Source of the DNA: an uncultured delta proteobacterium
GTDB taxonomy: Bacteria > Desulfobacterota > RBG-13-43-22
DNA: 64,000 nucleotides
NCBI GenBank assembly: GCA_963790475.1
Contig: CAWBOS010000012.1
Span: forward strand, 864,001-928,000
Direction of reading: 5' to 3'
Shown here: positions 29,002-39,922 of the stretch, in pieces
Layout: every line of letters starts with the position of its first letter
How positions within the stretch are numbered: the first letter of the stretch is position 1
Made by a program: the position numbers and the translations under genes
Notes under the pieces: model-generated
The model's database searches: none
What the model was told of the DNA's origin: nothing
Seen by the model: only the letters and a program-made list of their open reading frames with translations

Positions 29002-30858
29002 ATGAAAAAATTTGAGCTTCCTCATACCTCCATTGATCCCGATCCCCAAAAAAACTGGTACCGGCGGATTAACCCGATTCTTCTGGCCCACAAAGGGACG
29101 TTAGTCAGCGGTTTGGCCTTGGCCCTCTTGGCCATGCTGCTCAACGTGCTGATTCCCAGGATCACCATGGCCGCCATTGACACCGCCCTGATTGCCCATA
29201 GATCCTCCCTGATGATGTATGTATGGATTCTGGTCGGACTGGCCGGAACCCGGTCAACCGTTGTTTATCTGTATCGTTACCTCCTTTTTAAAATGGCTTA
29301 CACCATCGAGTTTGATCTTCGGGCCCTCATTTTTAACCATATTTCATGGCTCTCGCTTTCCTTTTTCGACCGGGTTCAAGGAGGCCAGGTGATATCCAGG
29401 GCCAATTCGGACATTCGCGCCGTACAGATGTTTCTGGTGTTTTCACCCTTTCTGGCGGTCAATGCCTTCACTTTCGTAATGGCCCTCGGCTTTATGCTCA
29501 AGGTCCATATCGGCCTGACCCTGGCCTCTCTATTCCCGATCCCTTTTGTCTATTACACCGGTATTCGAATGCGTCGACTCATGTATCCGGCTTCCTGGCT
29601 GGTTCAATCCCGGTTGGCGGACATTTCCACGATAGTCGCTGAAAATGTTACCGGCGCGCACATCGTAAAATCTTTCTCAGCCGAAGTAAATCAGATCAAA
29701 TTACTGGCCAGGGCCGCCCTGAGACTCCGTTGGGCGACCGTTCACCAGATCGACATTCGGGCGATTTTTGCCCCTATCATGGAGAATATGCCCCGCCTGG
29801 CCAATACCATCCTCCTGTTTTACGGCGGTCTGCTGGTGGTGCGGGGTGAAATCACCATCGGCGCGCTGGTCGCCTTCAGTGCCTATGTCATTATGCTGCA
29901 AACCCCTTTTCGGTTATTGGGAATGCTGTTGATGATGAGCCAGCGGTCCATGGCTTCGGCCCATCGGATTTTTGAGATTCTCGATGAAAAACCGGAGATC
30001 AGGGAGCGTCCGGGTGCGGTAAATTTAGATCTGACCAGCGGTAAAATTGAATTTAAACAGGTTTCTTTCGGATACAACAGTGGACCGATGATTCTGTCGG
30101 ATCTTTGCTTTGATATCAATCCCGGAGAAACCGTGGCCGTTGTGGGGCGGACCGGATCAGGAAAAACTACTCTGGCCAGGTTATTGATCCGTTTTTATGA
30201 TGTAATAAAGGGCGGTATCGAGATCGACGGACGAGACATTCGAGACCTCACCCTGTCCAGTTTGCGGTCTCAGGTGGGAATTGTTCCTGATGAGCCTGTA
30301 TTGTTTTCGGTTTCGATCCGGGAGAATATCGCTTACGGGAAACCCGAAGCTTCCCTGGAAGAAATCCGGACTGCCGCCAAAGCGGCGGAAGCCCATGATT
30401 TTATCATGAAGTTGACCGACGGTTATGACACGGTGGTGGGGGAAAGGGGCTGTACCCTTTCCGGGGGCCAGCGCCAGAGAATCGCCATTGCCAGGACCCT
30501 CCTGACCAATCCCGGTATTCTGATTCTGGATGATGCCACCAGTTCGGTGGATGTGGGGGTGGAGCAGAACATCCATCAGGCCTTAAGACAATATTTAAAA
30601 GGACGCAGCACATTGATTATCGCCCACCGGATTTCCACCATCAGCCTGGCGGACCGGGTGCTTTTTATGGAAAATGGAAAGATCACCGCCCAGGGAACGC
30701 ATTCGGAGTTGATGAAAACGGAGCCCGGATATGTGGAAGTGTTGGCCAAAGCCGGCGAGAAAGAAGAAGACGAAAGCCGGTTAACGCCAAAGAAGCCAAC
30801 TCCTGTTACCGCTTTTGAAAAGGAAATCGAAATACCGCCGCTGCAGACGGACCTATAA
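29002..30858 (+). CDS. ABC exporter, fused TMD-NBD subunit 1
   Basis: TM helices; GRTGSGKT, LSGGQRQR, ILDDATS (degenerate Walker B). Confidence 0.95.
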   Translation: MKKFELPHTSIDPDPQKNWYRRINPILLAHKGTLVSGLALALLAMLLNVLIPRITMAAIDTALIAHRSSLMMYVWILVGLAGTRSTVVYLYRYLLFKMAYTIEFDLRALIFNHISWLSLSFFDRVQGGQVISRANSDIRAVQMFLVFSPFLAVNAFTFVMALGFMLKVHIGLTLASLFPIPFVYYTGIRMRRLMYPASWLVQSRLADISTIVAENVTGAHIVKSFSAEVNQIKLLARAALRLRWATVHQIDIRAIFAPIMENMPRLANTILLFYGGLLVVRGEITIGALVAFSAYVIMLQTPFRLLGMLLMMSQRSMASAHRIFEILDEKPEIRERPGAVNLDLTSGKIEFKQVSFGYNSGPMILSDLCFDINPGETVAVVGRTGSGKTTLARLLIRFYDVIKGGIEIDGRDIRDLTLSSLRSQVGIVPDEPVLFSVSIRENIAYGKPEASLEEIRTAAKAAEAHDFIMKLTDGYDTVVGERGCTLSGGQRQRIAIARTLLTNPGILILDDATSSVDVGVEQNIHQALRQYLKGRSTLIIAHRISTISLADRVLFMENGKITAQGTHSELMKTEPGYVEVLAKAGEKEEDESRLTPKKPTPVTAFEKEIEIPPLQTDL

Positions 30859-30974
30859 GACAAGTTCGCAAAAAGTCGATGAAAGCCGATTTTAGTCATT
30901 CCGACGAAAGTCGGAATCCATCCCGATGGCGGGACCGGTTTTCACCGGAGTGACGACTATTTGCGAAACCATCA
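30859..30974. repeat. Palindromic repeat, family D (gtcattccg..gaaa..cggaatcca core)
   Basis: Flanks ttcgcaaaaagtc...gactatttgcgaa; core shared with 62918. Confidence 0.65.
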
Positions 30975-31039
30975 TATAAGAGGATGAGAGAAAAAACATT
31001 TATACAGATTGCTCAGCAATCTGTTAAGAGGATGCACTG

Positions 31040-32953
31040 ATGGCCAGAGAGATGGGCAGCCTGGGGGCCTTTTCCGGAAGGGGTTCCGGCAGTGAACAAA
31101 GCCGGCAAGCCGGACTCCCGTTTTCGGGGATACCCGCGGAACTGGAATCAGGGGTCAAGAAGATCATCGCCAAGGAACCGGTTGATGATACGGTTGAAGT
31201 CGTGTTTGACCAGGCCGAGGCCAAACAGCCGCCCTTGACTTTAAGAACCCTGTTTGCCCCCCATTATCCCGCCCTGGCGCTGGCTTTTCTTATGGTTCTG
31301 GCCCAGACGGGGGCCATGCAGGCCGGCCCCTTATTGACGCAGATCGGAATCGATAAGGGGATTCTAAGAGCCAACCTGAAGGTCCTCATGTGGGTGTCCC
31401 TGGCCTACCTGATGTCCATCTTCTTAAATTATATCACGGGTTATGCCCGCACCGCCTGGACGGGACGTTTGGGCGAGCGTTTGATGATGAACCTTCGTAT
31501 CAAGGTTTTTTCTCACCTGCAAAGATTGTCCCTGGATTTTTTCACCGATGAAATGAGTGGCCGTATCATGACCCGCATGACCAGTGACATCGAAGCCCTG
31601 ACCACCTTACTTCAGGATGGTATTATTAATTTGATGGTCCAGGGGCTGACCATGATATTCGTCATAGCGGTGCTGTTTTCTTTGAACCTGAAGCTGGCGG
31701 TTATATTGGTTGCGGCGGTTATGCCCGCCATGCTGGCCTTGTCACTCTGGTTTCGAAAGGTGTCGGATTATGGGTATGGGGTGGTCCGGGACCGGATCGC
31801 CACCTTGCTGGCAGACTTCCAGGAAAATCTAAACGGTATCCGGGTTATTCACGCTTTTTATCGCCAGGGCCGGAATATCGCCAACCATTTGAATCTGGCC
31901 GGATCGTATGCCCAGGCGAACTTCTATACCGCCAGGATGGGGGCTATTTTTGATTCCGGGTCCACGCTGATCGCGGTTTTCGGCCAGGCCCTTATTTTGC
32001 TAATCGGGGGAAAGATGGTCTTAAACGGGAGCCTGACCATAGGCGCGCTCACGGCCTTTATCCTGTATTTGACTTCCTTTTTTGCCCCCATTCAACAACT
32101 GGTGCAACTTTACAACACCTATCAGCAGGGACAGGCGGCCGTTACAAAATTAAGAGAGCTGCTCGATCTGAACCCCAGTGTGCCCGAATCACCCCAGGCC
32201 AGGGATTTGCCTCAACTGAAGGGTGAAATTGAACTGGACCGGGTGAGTTTTTCCTATAACACCGGCCAACCGGTTATCGAAGATGTCTCCCTTACGGTTC
32301 GCCCCGGAGAGACCATTGCTTTTGTGGGCGAAACCGGTGCCGGAAAATCCACCCTGGCCAAGCTGATCATCCGTTTTTATGATCCTCAATCCGGCCAGGT
32401 GCGCATAGACGGCCATGATTTAAAAGAAGCCACCTTCAGGTCCCTGAGGACGCAAATGGGCTATGTATCCCAGGAACCCTTTTTGTTTGCCGGAACGCTC
32501 CGGGACAATGTGGGCTTTGCCAAGCCGGAGGCCTCGGATGAAGAAATCCTGGAGGCCTGCAGGGCGGTGGGCATTGAAGACTTGGTCAGGCAAATGCCGG
32601 AGGGGATACAGACAGTGATTCATGAAAGAGGAAGCTCGCTTTCTTCCGGAGAGCGGCAGCTCATCGCCCTGGCCAGGGCTTTTCTGGGAAAACCCCGGGT
32701 GGTGGTCATGGATGAAGCCACGTCCAATCTGGACTTGGCCTCTGAATCCAGAATCGAACACGCTCTGGATGTCCTTCTCCAGGGTCGAACGGCGGTGATC
32801 ATCGCCCATCGCCTGAATACCGCCATGCGGGCCGACCGTATCGCCGTGTTTGACCACGGCCGTCTGGTTGAGCTGGGCCGGCACACGGAACTGATCACTC
32901 AGGGCGGTTATTACGCCAAGATGTATGTCAAATGGATAAAGCAATCCCATTGA
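31040..32953 (+). CDS. ABC exporter, fused TMD-NBD subunit 2
   Basis: GETGAGKS, LSSGERQL, VMDEATS; heterodimer partner of the previous gene. Confidence 0.95.
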   Translation: MAREMGSLGAFSGRGSGSEQSRQAGLPFSGIPAELESGVKKIIAKEPVDDTVEVVFDQAEAKQPPLTLRTLFAPHYPALALAFLMVLAQTGAMQAGPLLTQIGIDKGILRANLKVLMWVSLAYLMSIFLNYITGYARTAWTGRLGERLMMNLRIKVFSHLQRLSLDFFTDEMSGRIMTRMTSDIEALTTLLQDGIINLMVQGLTMIFVIAVLFSLNLKLAVILVAAVMPAMLALSLWFRKVSDYGYGVVRDRIATLLADFQENLNGIRVIHAFYRQGRNIANHLNLAGSYAQANFYTARMGAIFDSGSTLIAVFGQALILLIGGKMVLNGSLTIGALTAFILYLTSFFAPIQQLVQLYNTYQQGQAAVTKLRELLDLNPSVPESPQARDLPQLKGEIELDRVSFSYNTGQPVIEDVSLTVRPGETIAFVGETGAGKSTLAKLIIRFYDPQSGQVRIDGHDLKEATFRSLRTQMGYVSQEPFLFAGTLRDNVGFAKPEASDEEILEACRAVGIEDLVRQMPEGIQTVIHERGSSLSSGERQLIALARAFLGKPRVVVMDEATSNLDLASESRIEHALDVLLQGRTAVIIAHRLNTAMRADRIAVFDHGRLVELGRHTELITQGGYYAKMYVKWIKQSH

Positions 32954-32992
32954 TCTCAATTATTGATTTTGTTTTTTACAACCTGGGTTGTC

Positions 32993-34012
32993 TTAGCGCA
33001 TGACCCACTTTTGAGTGGTCTTAAGGGCGAACTGGCATTCAAGGATGGAGGGCATTTCAGCCCTGAGCTTCTGGAAGTCCATCACCGGGTAGTCTTTGAT
33101 CTTGCTCCCTCCGGTCAAATTGAACCGGACAACCAGATCTTCATCAAACCGCCAGAATTGATTCCTGATAACCTCCCGGCATTCCTCGGGGGAAAGATCA
33201 CCGGCCTGAATTTCAACGATCTCCATGTCATAGACCGCTAAGGGCACGAACCGGGTTTCAATGCGATTATCGAGGACCTCGCCTTCGACAAACCCTTTCT
33301 CTTCATTCATTTCGGCAAAGCTGATTCGTTGAGTGGACCCCGGATAGACGAATTTGATTCCCGGCTTCAGGGGATGATCAAGGACCTGGTAACGGTGAAT
33401 ATGTCCGGCAGCGATATATTCGAAATCCGGGGGAACAATCTGTCGGGAAACCGTATCCGGGCGCCCGGTCCGGAAGACAAAGTCAGCCGGACCGACGCAG
33501 GCTTGGTCAAAGGCCTGGTGGGTGACCAGGAGATTGAAATCGGTCCTCAGGTGGTGGTACTCGGTATCCTGTAAGGCCCGCAGAAAGGTCCGTTTGGAGT
33601 CCTTGGGGATAAAAGGGAAACCGGCAATACCGACAGAATAGCCGTTGAGGTTGAAAGACAATGATTTGGGCTGGTCAAAGACAATAATCCCGGATGATCC
33701 ATGAAAGAGGTCGAAAGGGAACTCAGACCGCTCGTGGTTGCCGGGGATTATCAGGATGCGGGTCCCTGACCTGGCCAAGTTCATAACCGGCTGGACCAGT
33801 TCATCAAGGATCTCTCTCGGGATATAATATTTATTAAAGAGGTCCCCGCTGTGGATGAGCAAATCGGCCTCTATGTCTCTGGTGTGGTCCAGCACCGTCA
33901 GAAAATTCCTGAAGATATGATCAGCCCTCTTCCGCCGACCCTGGGGATCGGACTGGTCTATTCGTGTGATTTCAAACCCGAGATGGGTATCAGCCGTGTG
34001 AACGAATTTCAA
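32993..34012 (-). CDS. SbcD/Mre11-family metallophosphoesterase
   Basis: HTADTHLG, GDLF, PGNHE, GHIH, YPGS motifs; TTG start; no SbcC partner adjacent. Confidence 0.9.
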   Translation of the reverse strand: MKFVHTADTHLGFEITRIDQSDPQGRRKRADHIFRNFLTVLDHTRDIEADLLIHSGDLFNKYYIPREILDELVQPVMNLARSGTRILIIPGNHERSEFPFDLFHGSSGIIVFDQPKSLSFNLNGYSVGIAGFPFIPKDSKRTFLRALQDTEYHHLRTDFNLLVTHQAFDQACVGPADFVFRTGRPDTVSRQIVPPDFEYIAAGHIHRYQVLDHPLKPGIKFVYPGSTQRISFAEMNEEKGFVEGEVLDNRIETRFVPLAVYDMEIVEIQAGDLSPEECREVIRNQFWRFDEDLVVRFNLTGGSKIKDYPVMDFQKLRAEMPSILECQFALKTTQKWVMR

Positions 34013-34330
34013 CTTTGCACCTTAAACTCTGAAAACCTATCAAAATCGGACGCCAGTTTTCTATCACCCTTATCATAATTATTTTGCAAATAATATCAAT
34101 GAAAACGGGATAAAGTCCGGAATTTCCCGGGGCAAGTTTCCGGGCCTCTTTTTTGGGCTGGGATTGTTTTCCTGTAAATTCTGTTCAAGATTCATTTTGG
34201 ACTTGACTACCAGGGTGATATTTACAATTATATTGTCTGCTTTTTATCAGGGTTCCATTCCGGGCCCGGTAGGGTGGACAAGGGTTAATAAATCTATTAA
34301 TGGTTGAACCGTGGGAAGGAGGAGAGACTT

Positions 34331-35104
34331 ATGAAACTGGGAGATATCAAATGTATTGGAATCGTGGGCGCGGGAGTCATGGGTGGAGGGATCGCCCAAT
34401 CGGCCATTCTGGCCGGTTATAAAGTGATGGTACGCGATCTTACGAATGAGATTTGTGAGAAAGCAAGGGACACCATTATCAGCGGACGATTCGGCATAAA
34501 AGGCGCCGTGGAAAGAGGTAAAACCACGCAGGAGGAAATGGACAAGGCCCTCTCGCTTCTCAATTTCACAACAAAGATCGAGGACCTGAAAGATTGTGAC
34601 CTGATTATTGAGGCCATCGGAGGAGGCGCTGACGGGGCCATTGAGAACAAGGATATGAAACTCAAAGTTTTCAAGGAACTGGATGCGATTCTGAAAAAAG
34701 GGGCCTTCATTGCCAGCAATACCTCACGATTCACGATTGCCGACCTGGCCGCGGTGACCAATCGCAAAGACCGATTTATCGGCATGCACCTTTTCAGCCC
34801 GGCTAATATTATGAAGCTGGTGGAGGTGATATACACCAAAGAAGTGACCGAAGATGTGATCGTGCTCATAGAAGAACTGAGTAAAAGCTGGGGAAAAACG
34901 CCTGTTCGCGTGAAGGATGTCCCCGGGGATACGGGTTTTATAGGCAACCGGGTCATGGGAGCGGCCCGACGGGAAGCCATGAAGATTGTCGAAGAAGGTA
35001 TCGCCACGGCCGAGGATGTCAATACGGCCATGGAATTAGGATTTCGTTGGCCCGCCGGACCCTTGCCCGCCAAAAGACCAGGTGCCAGAAGCGGTTGGCA
35101 ATAA
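34331..35104 (+). CDS. 3-hydroxyacyl-CoA dehydrogenase
   Basis: GAGVMGGGIA, IIEA, ASNTS, GMHLFSP, GFIGNR. Confidence 0.93.
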   Translation: MKLGDIKCIGIVGAGVMGGGIAQSAILAGYKVMVRDLTNEICEKARDTIISGRFGIKGAVERGKTTQEEMDKALSLLNFTTKIEDLKDCDLIIEAIGGGADGAIENKDMKLKVFKELDAILKKGAFIASNTSRFTIADLAAVTNRKDRFIGMHLFSPANIMKLVEVIYTKEVTEDVIVLIEELSKSWGKTPVRVKDVPGDTGFIGNRVMGAARREAMKIVEEGIATAEDVNTAMELGFRWPAGPLPAKRPGARSGWQ

Positions 35105-35210
35105 GCAGGTCCAGAGTCACCGAGGCGGCCCAGTACCCTTTAGCAATTTACGGGTTATATCACCTTGATAAATTAAAGAAAAGTTTGTTGGCCACCTTTA
35201 ACCAAGGATC

Positions 35211-35352
35211 GAGGGCTTTGAAAAATGTTCAATTTTGTTCAAGGTCAAGGAAGACGAAAATTTTAACCGCAGGAATACATTTAGTATTTTGAGGATTAAA
35301 ATTTGAGTCTGACGCAGAGCTAGGACAAAAGGGGATGTTTTTCAAAGCTCTC
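35211..35352 (+). repeat. MITE-like element, family E (~142 bp)
   Basis: TIR gagggctttgaaaaa...tttttcaaagctctc; inverted homologous copy at 60498-60640. Confidence 0.8.
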
Positions 35353-35414
35353 AGGAGCGTCAATGAAATAAGATCAAACCCCATTTCTCAAAAGAGAGGT
35401 GGGGTTTTTATTTT
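35353..35414 (+). terminator. 3' half of leader element copy 2 (RBS-ATG-AAA-TAA plus terminator)
   Basis: aggagcgtcaatgaaataa...aaaccccatttctc..gagaggtggggttttt. Confidence 0.55.
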
Positions 35415-35479
35415 CATAAATGAGTAGACGGTTTAGGCCGGAAAGTGGGCTAAGCTTAACATCAGACCAAGGGGCTGAA

Positions 35480-37247
35480 ATGGGAAAAAGCGTCGAGTCT
35501 CTCCTCAAAAGGACCTTCAGGCTGAGGAGAAATGAGGGCAGCGACAAGGTCACCAGTCTTGAGGAGGCCATAAGGAAAAGTATCCAGCCCGGGATGAAGC
35601 TGCATATTCGCGAGGGCAGCGGTGCGGCAACCCGCGAAGTTCTGAGGCAGTTCTGGGGGCGGGCTCCGGGATTTACTTTGATTACCAGTATCCTCACTAA
35701 TTACGGGATAGGCCTGATCCACGGCAGGCTGGTGGGAAAAATTATTACATCGCTTTGCACCGAGGGGCATCCGGCCATGAGACCGGTCCGCGTCATTCAG
35801 CGGGCTTACGCGGAGGGGAAAATAGAGATAGAAAACTGGTCCCTTTATTCGTTTGTCCAGAGGTTAATGAGCGGGGCCTTCGGTGTCGGCTTTATGCCGA
35901 CCAAGTCTATAATCGGCAGCAGTATGGCGGAAGAGAATACAGACTCTTTCCGGGTGATCGAAGACCCCTTTGGAAGCGGAAGGAAGCTGGGGATCGTCAA
36001 GGCCCTGAACCCGGACATCTCCTTAGTTCACGGCTGGGCGGCCGATCGCTACGGGAACACCATCACCGGTCCGGCCAGGGGCACCGGAGAAGACGCCTGG
36101 GGGCCGAAAGCAAGCCTGAACGGGGCCGTGGTTACCGTGGAAAGATTAGTGTCGACCGATTTTATCAGACGTCACTCTTATCTGGTCGATATCCCCGGCG
36201 ACCCTGGTAAATTCGGTTTCGGTCTGTCCTCTGGGAGCCCACCCCGGATACCTGGTTAATCCCGGCCTGAAAGGGGTTGAGCCTTACAAGGAAGATTACG
36301 AATTCCAGGATGAACTGGCGGCCAGCGAGGAAGGCCACAGGCTGGATGCCTGGATAAAACATTGGGTGTTGGATTGTCCCTCTCAACAGGATTACTTGAG
36401 AAAACTGGGATCCGGGAGGATTGCCTCTCTGAAGGAACAGGCGATCAAAGGAGACTGGAAGGGTGATTCGGGATTAGTATCAGACGCGCTTTTGTTCGCT
36501 GAGGAGGCCAAACCCAAGGAGAAGATGGTTCTGGCAGCGGCTCACAAGATAAGAGACAAGGCGATACAATATGGATACAAGACCTTTTTGGCCGGCGCGG
36601 GGACCGCGGAGCTTGCTGCCTGGATGGCCTATTATCAACTCAAAGGACAGGGCTACGATACCGATCTGCTGTTGGGCGCCGGTTTCTGGGGCTATGCCCC
36701 CAGGCCGGGTGATCCGAGTGTATTGAACATTTCAACTATGGCCACTTGCAAGATGATGACCGACGTCGTGGACGCTTACGGGGTCTTGGTCGGAAGTGAT
36801 AACAGCAGGTGCCTGGCAGTTATCGGCGGGGGCGAGATCGATAAGCATGGAAACATTAACTCAACCAAAATACCGGGCAGGCTTTACCTGGCCGGGTCAG
36901 GTGGTGGTAATGACGCGGTCAACGCCGCCGAAGTGGTGGTGGTCATGAATCAGACAACGGCCCGATTCGTGGAAAAGGTGCCCTATGTCACCTGCCCCGG
37001 CCATAGAGTAAAAACGCTGGTGTCCGATTTCGGAATTTTTGAGAAGCTGGGTGAGGATAAGGAGTTGACCCTGACCGGCTGCCTCACTATTCCGGAAATG
37101 CCCGCCCTGGATGATAGAATAAGGGCTGTTCAAGAAAAATGCGGCTGGGCTCTCAAGGTGTCGCCTTCGGTTAAGTCCATACCGGCGCCGGACCATGATG
37201 AGCTTGTGGTCCTGAGGGCCCTCGATCCTAAGGGTTATTTCATCTAA
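35480..37247 (+). pseudogene. Fused alpha/beta family I CoA-transferase (GctAB-like) with one frameshift near 36202
   Basis: Removing one C in gaccctg joins ...LVDIPGD to LVNSVSVCPLGAHP..., which runs in frame into the 36366 ORF (IDKHGNINS, GSGGGND). Confidence 0.8.
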
Positions 37248-37290
37248 AAGTCCGTAAGGGGTTTCACAAAAAGAGATAGGAGGCCAAAAG

Positions 37291-38232
37291 ATGGGCGAAA
37301 AATTAAAAGACAAAGGGGCCATCGTGGTTGGGGGCGGTGGAGGCATCGGCGGGGAGATCGCTTTGGCCTTGGCCGCCGAGGGAGCTAAGGTGATTGTCAA
37401 TGACCCCGGAGGAGGTAGAGATGGAACGGGCACTGATACGTCAGCCGTGGATAAGACGGTGGACAGAATCAGGGAGAAAGGGGGTGTGGCGGTTGCCAAT
37501 TACGCCTCCGCGGTTGATTATAACGCCGCCAGGGATATTGTTAACAGTTGTATCGACCACTTCGGCCGCCTTGATATTCTGGTCAACGCCGCCGGCATTA
37601 ACCGGGAGAAGATGCTTTGGAACATGACCGATCAGGATTGGGATATGGTGCTTAAAGTTCACCTCTATACCAATTTCAATACGATCAGATGGGCGGCGGG
37701 CATCATGAGAGAGCAGAGGCGGGGCAGAATCATACTGATGACTTCCAGCGCCTGGCTGGGCAATATCGGCCAGATAAACTATGCCGCCGCCAAAGGGGCC
37801 ATAGTCAGTTTCATGAGAGCCGCCGCCCGGGAGCTGGGAGGGTATGGGATAACCTGCAATTGCCTGGCACCAGGAGCGGCCACCCGAATGACGATGACCG
37901 AGGAGGTGAAGGCGGGCTTCAAGAGGAGGATGGAAGCCGGGGTTATGTCCAAAGAGGCCTATGAGGCCTTTATGAATATGCCGGGGCCTGAATGGGTCCC
38001 TCCTATTGTGCTGTATCTTTGCACGGATGAGGCCTGGAATGTCAATGGCAAGGTATTTTCCGCCGCGGGCGATAAGATCGGCATCTATTCCGAGCCGACA
38101 GAGACCATACAAATATTCAATGACGGGAAGATATGGACCCTGGACCAATTATTAAAAATTGTTCCCAAGACGCTGCTGGCCGGCTATGTTAACCCCAGGC
38201 CGCCGGAGCCGCCTAAAGAGAAAACAAGATAG
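37291..38232 (+). CDS. SDR family oxidoreductase
   Basis: GGGGGIG, LDILVNAAG, YAAAK. Confidence 0.93.
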   Translation: MGEKLKDKGAIVVGGGGGIGGEIALALAAEGAKVIVNDPGGGRDGTGTDTSAVDKTVDRIREKGGVAVANYASAVDYNAARDIVNSCIDHFGRLDILVNAAGINREKMLWNMTDQDWDMVLKVHLYTNFNTIRWAAGIMREQRRGRIILMTSSAWLGNIGQINYAAAKGAIVSFMRAAARELGGYGITCNCLAPGAATRMTMTEEVKAGFKRRMEAGVMSKEAYEAFMNMPGPEWVPPIVLYLCTDEAWNVNGKVFSAAGDKIGIYSEPTETIQIFNDGKIWTLDQLLKIVPKTLLAGYVNPRPPEPPKEKTR

Positions 38233-38256
38233 ATAGACTTTCGACCGCTCACAGAT

Positions 38257-39618
38257 TCAGGCCAGCTTATATAGACGAACAGCACCCGCATGGCCGTGGA
38301 TATCTGTCATGCCCATATCTTCGCCGATAAATTCGCCGCCTTCAATGACTTCCCAGGCTGCGTCGGAGACCAATACTTGTGAGTGGTATGTTTTATTGAG
38401 CTGCTCTATCCTCGAGGCGAGATTGACTACATCGCCGATAATGGTGTATTCCTTCCGCTGTGATGATCCTATATGGCCGGTAACCGCCATCCCCGCGTGA
38501 ATGCCTATCCCGACCCTGGTTTCCGGGATCCTTCCTGCCGTTGTTTCTTCTTTGAGCCGGGCAAGAATCCGCATAGCCGCGGCAACCGCGTTGCGACACT
38601 CGCCGCCATCGGAAATGGGCGCGCCGAACACGGCCATAAAACCGTCCCCCAGGAATTTATTGATGATCCCGCCATTTTCATTGATGATGTCGACCATGAA
38701 TTCAAAGAGTGAATTCAAGAAATGGATTACCTCCTCCGGAGCATTTGATTCGGCAAACTGAGTGAAGTTCCTGATGTCCAGGAACATCATGCATACAAAA
38801 CGTGTTTCGCTTCCCAGTTCCCCTTTCTGCCGGATTAATTTATCAACAACGATTGGCGAAACATGCTGCCCAAAAATGTTGATGATCTGGTTCTTTTCAT
38901 CAACGGTCCGAAGTGTTCGTCTGATCCTTTTTCTAATTTCTATAGAAACAATGCCGGTCACGAACCCTACCAACGCGATCAAAAAGCTTTTGGAGGTCAG
39001 CATTCCCGGACTAAAAAAAGTGGAATAGTCAGGGTTATAGGCCGAACGTTGGATGACATAGAGAGAAATCCATAAATATTGGGCCCCGGCGGCGATTCCG
39101 GTAAAAAGAGAAATGGTGAACATCAGGCGCAGGGCGCTCAGCGATATGAAAATAAAATAAAGGAAGAGGATTGGAATCACCAGGGATTGCACGGAACCTA
39201 CAATCTTAAACGAGAAATAGATCATGATGGTCGGGATGCTGATTTCGATAAAAGCATTCCCAAAGCGGGGAATCATGGGGAAAATCTTTTTTCTTTTTAA
39301 AAAAATAGTCAGGCCGAGCGAGTAGATTGATTCGTAAACGGCGAAACCCGCGAACACGATAGTGATCCAGTTGTACATATTTCTATTGTGATAGGCGTTG
39401 AGAACGATGGCCGGAAATTTGTCGCTGAAGAAAAGGCCGATGAGATTAATCCACAGGACCGCGAACAGGGATAATCCGCAAATAAGGAAGGCGCGCTTGC
39501 GGTCACTGATCATTATTTCCCGATCAAACTCGGCCGTAAAACTGGAGACAAAGTCCGGTCTTATTTTTTGCCCCGGCGCCTTTATTTTATTTTCCATGGG
39601 TCCCATCCTTTGTTTCAT
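38257..39618 (-). CDS. Membrane-bound class III adenylate/guanylate cyclase
   Basis: About six TM helices; FLDIRNFT, KFLGDG, GIGIH.G, YTIIGDVVNLASRIE. Confidence 0.93.
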   Translation of the reverse strand: MKQRMGPMENKIKAPGQKIRPDFVSSFTAEFDREIMISDRKRAFLICGLSLFAVLWINLIGLFFSDKFPAIVLNAYHNRNMYNWITIVFAGFAVYESIYSLGLTIFLKRKKIFPMIPRFGNAFIEISIPTIMIYFSFKIVGSVQSLVIPILFLYFIFISLSALRLMFTISLFTGIAAGAQYLWISLYVIQRSAYNPDYSTFFSPGMLTSKSFLIALVGFVTGIVSIEIRKRIRRTLRTVDEKNQIINIFGQHVSPIVVDKLIRQKGELGSETRFVCMMFLDIRNFTQFAESNAPEEVIHFLNSLFEFMVDIINENGGIINKFLGDGFMAVFGAPISDGGECRNAVAAAMRILARLKEETTAGRIPETRVGIGIHAGMAVTGHIGSSQRKEYTIIGDVVNLASRIEQLNKTYHSQVLVSDAAWEVIEGGEFIGEDMGMTDIHGHAGAVRLYKLA

Positions 39619-39787
39619 GATCCACTTTTTTCTTGGAATATAGTATTTATTTCCTCATCCATATTACAACTATTTTGGAAATAATATCAAAGGATACGTA
39701 TTAAAGCGCAAAGTTTCTTGGGGCAATCTCCTGGCTTTAAGGAAGGTATCCGTGGTGGAGCGACACGGACTAATAAGGATTTCTTGC

Positions 39788-39921
39788 GAGGATATCACAA
39801 ATTGTGATATCCTCCGAGATTAAATTCTCCAAAAAAGTCTGCGTTTTTATCGAGCAAGGGGTGGCTATGCTTTCCGGTTCCGTCCAGGCCGTCAAGCGTA
39901 ATAGCGAGCGATTTCCTCCCG
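39788..39921 (+). pseudogene. Scrambled ORF6N gene fragments
   Basis: Reads EDITNCDIL../..FIEQGVAMLS then QAVKRNSERFP, both matching segments of the 40841 protein but in reversed order. Confidence 0.6.
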
Positions 39922-39922
39922 A

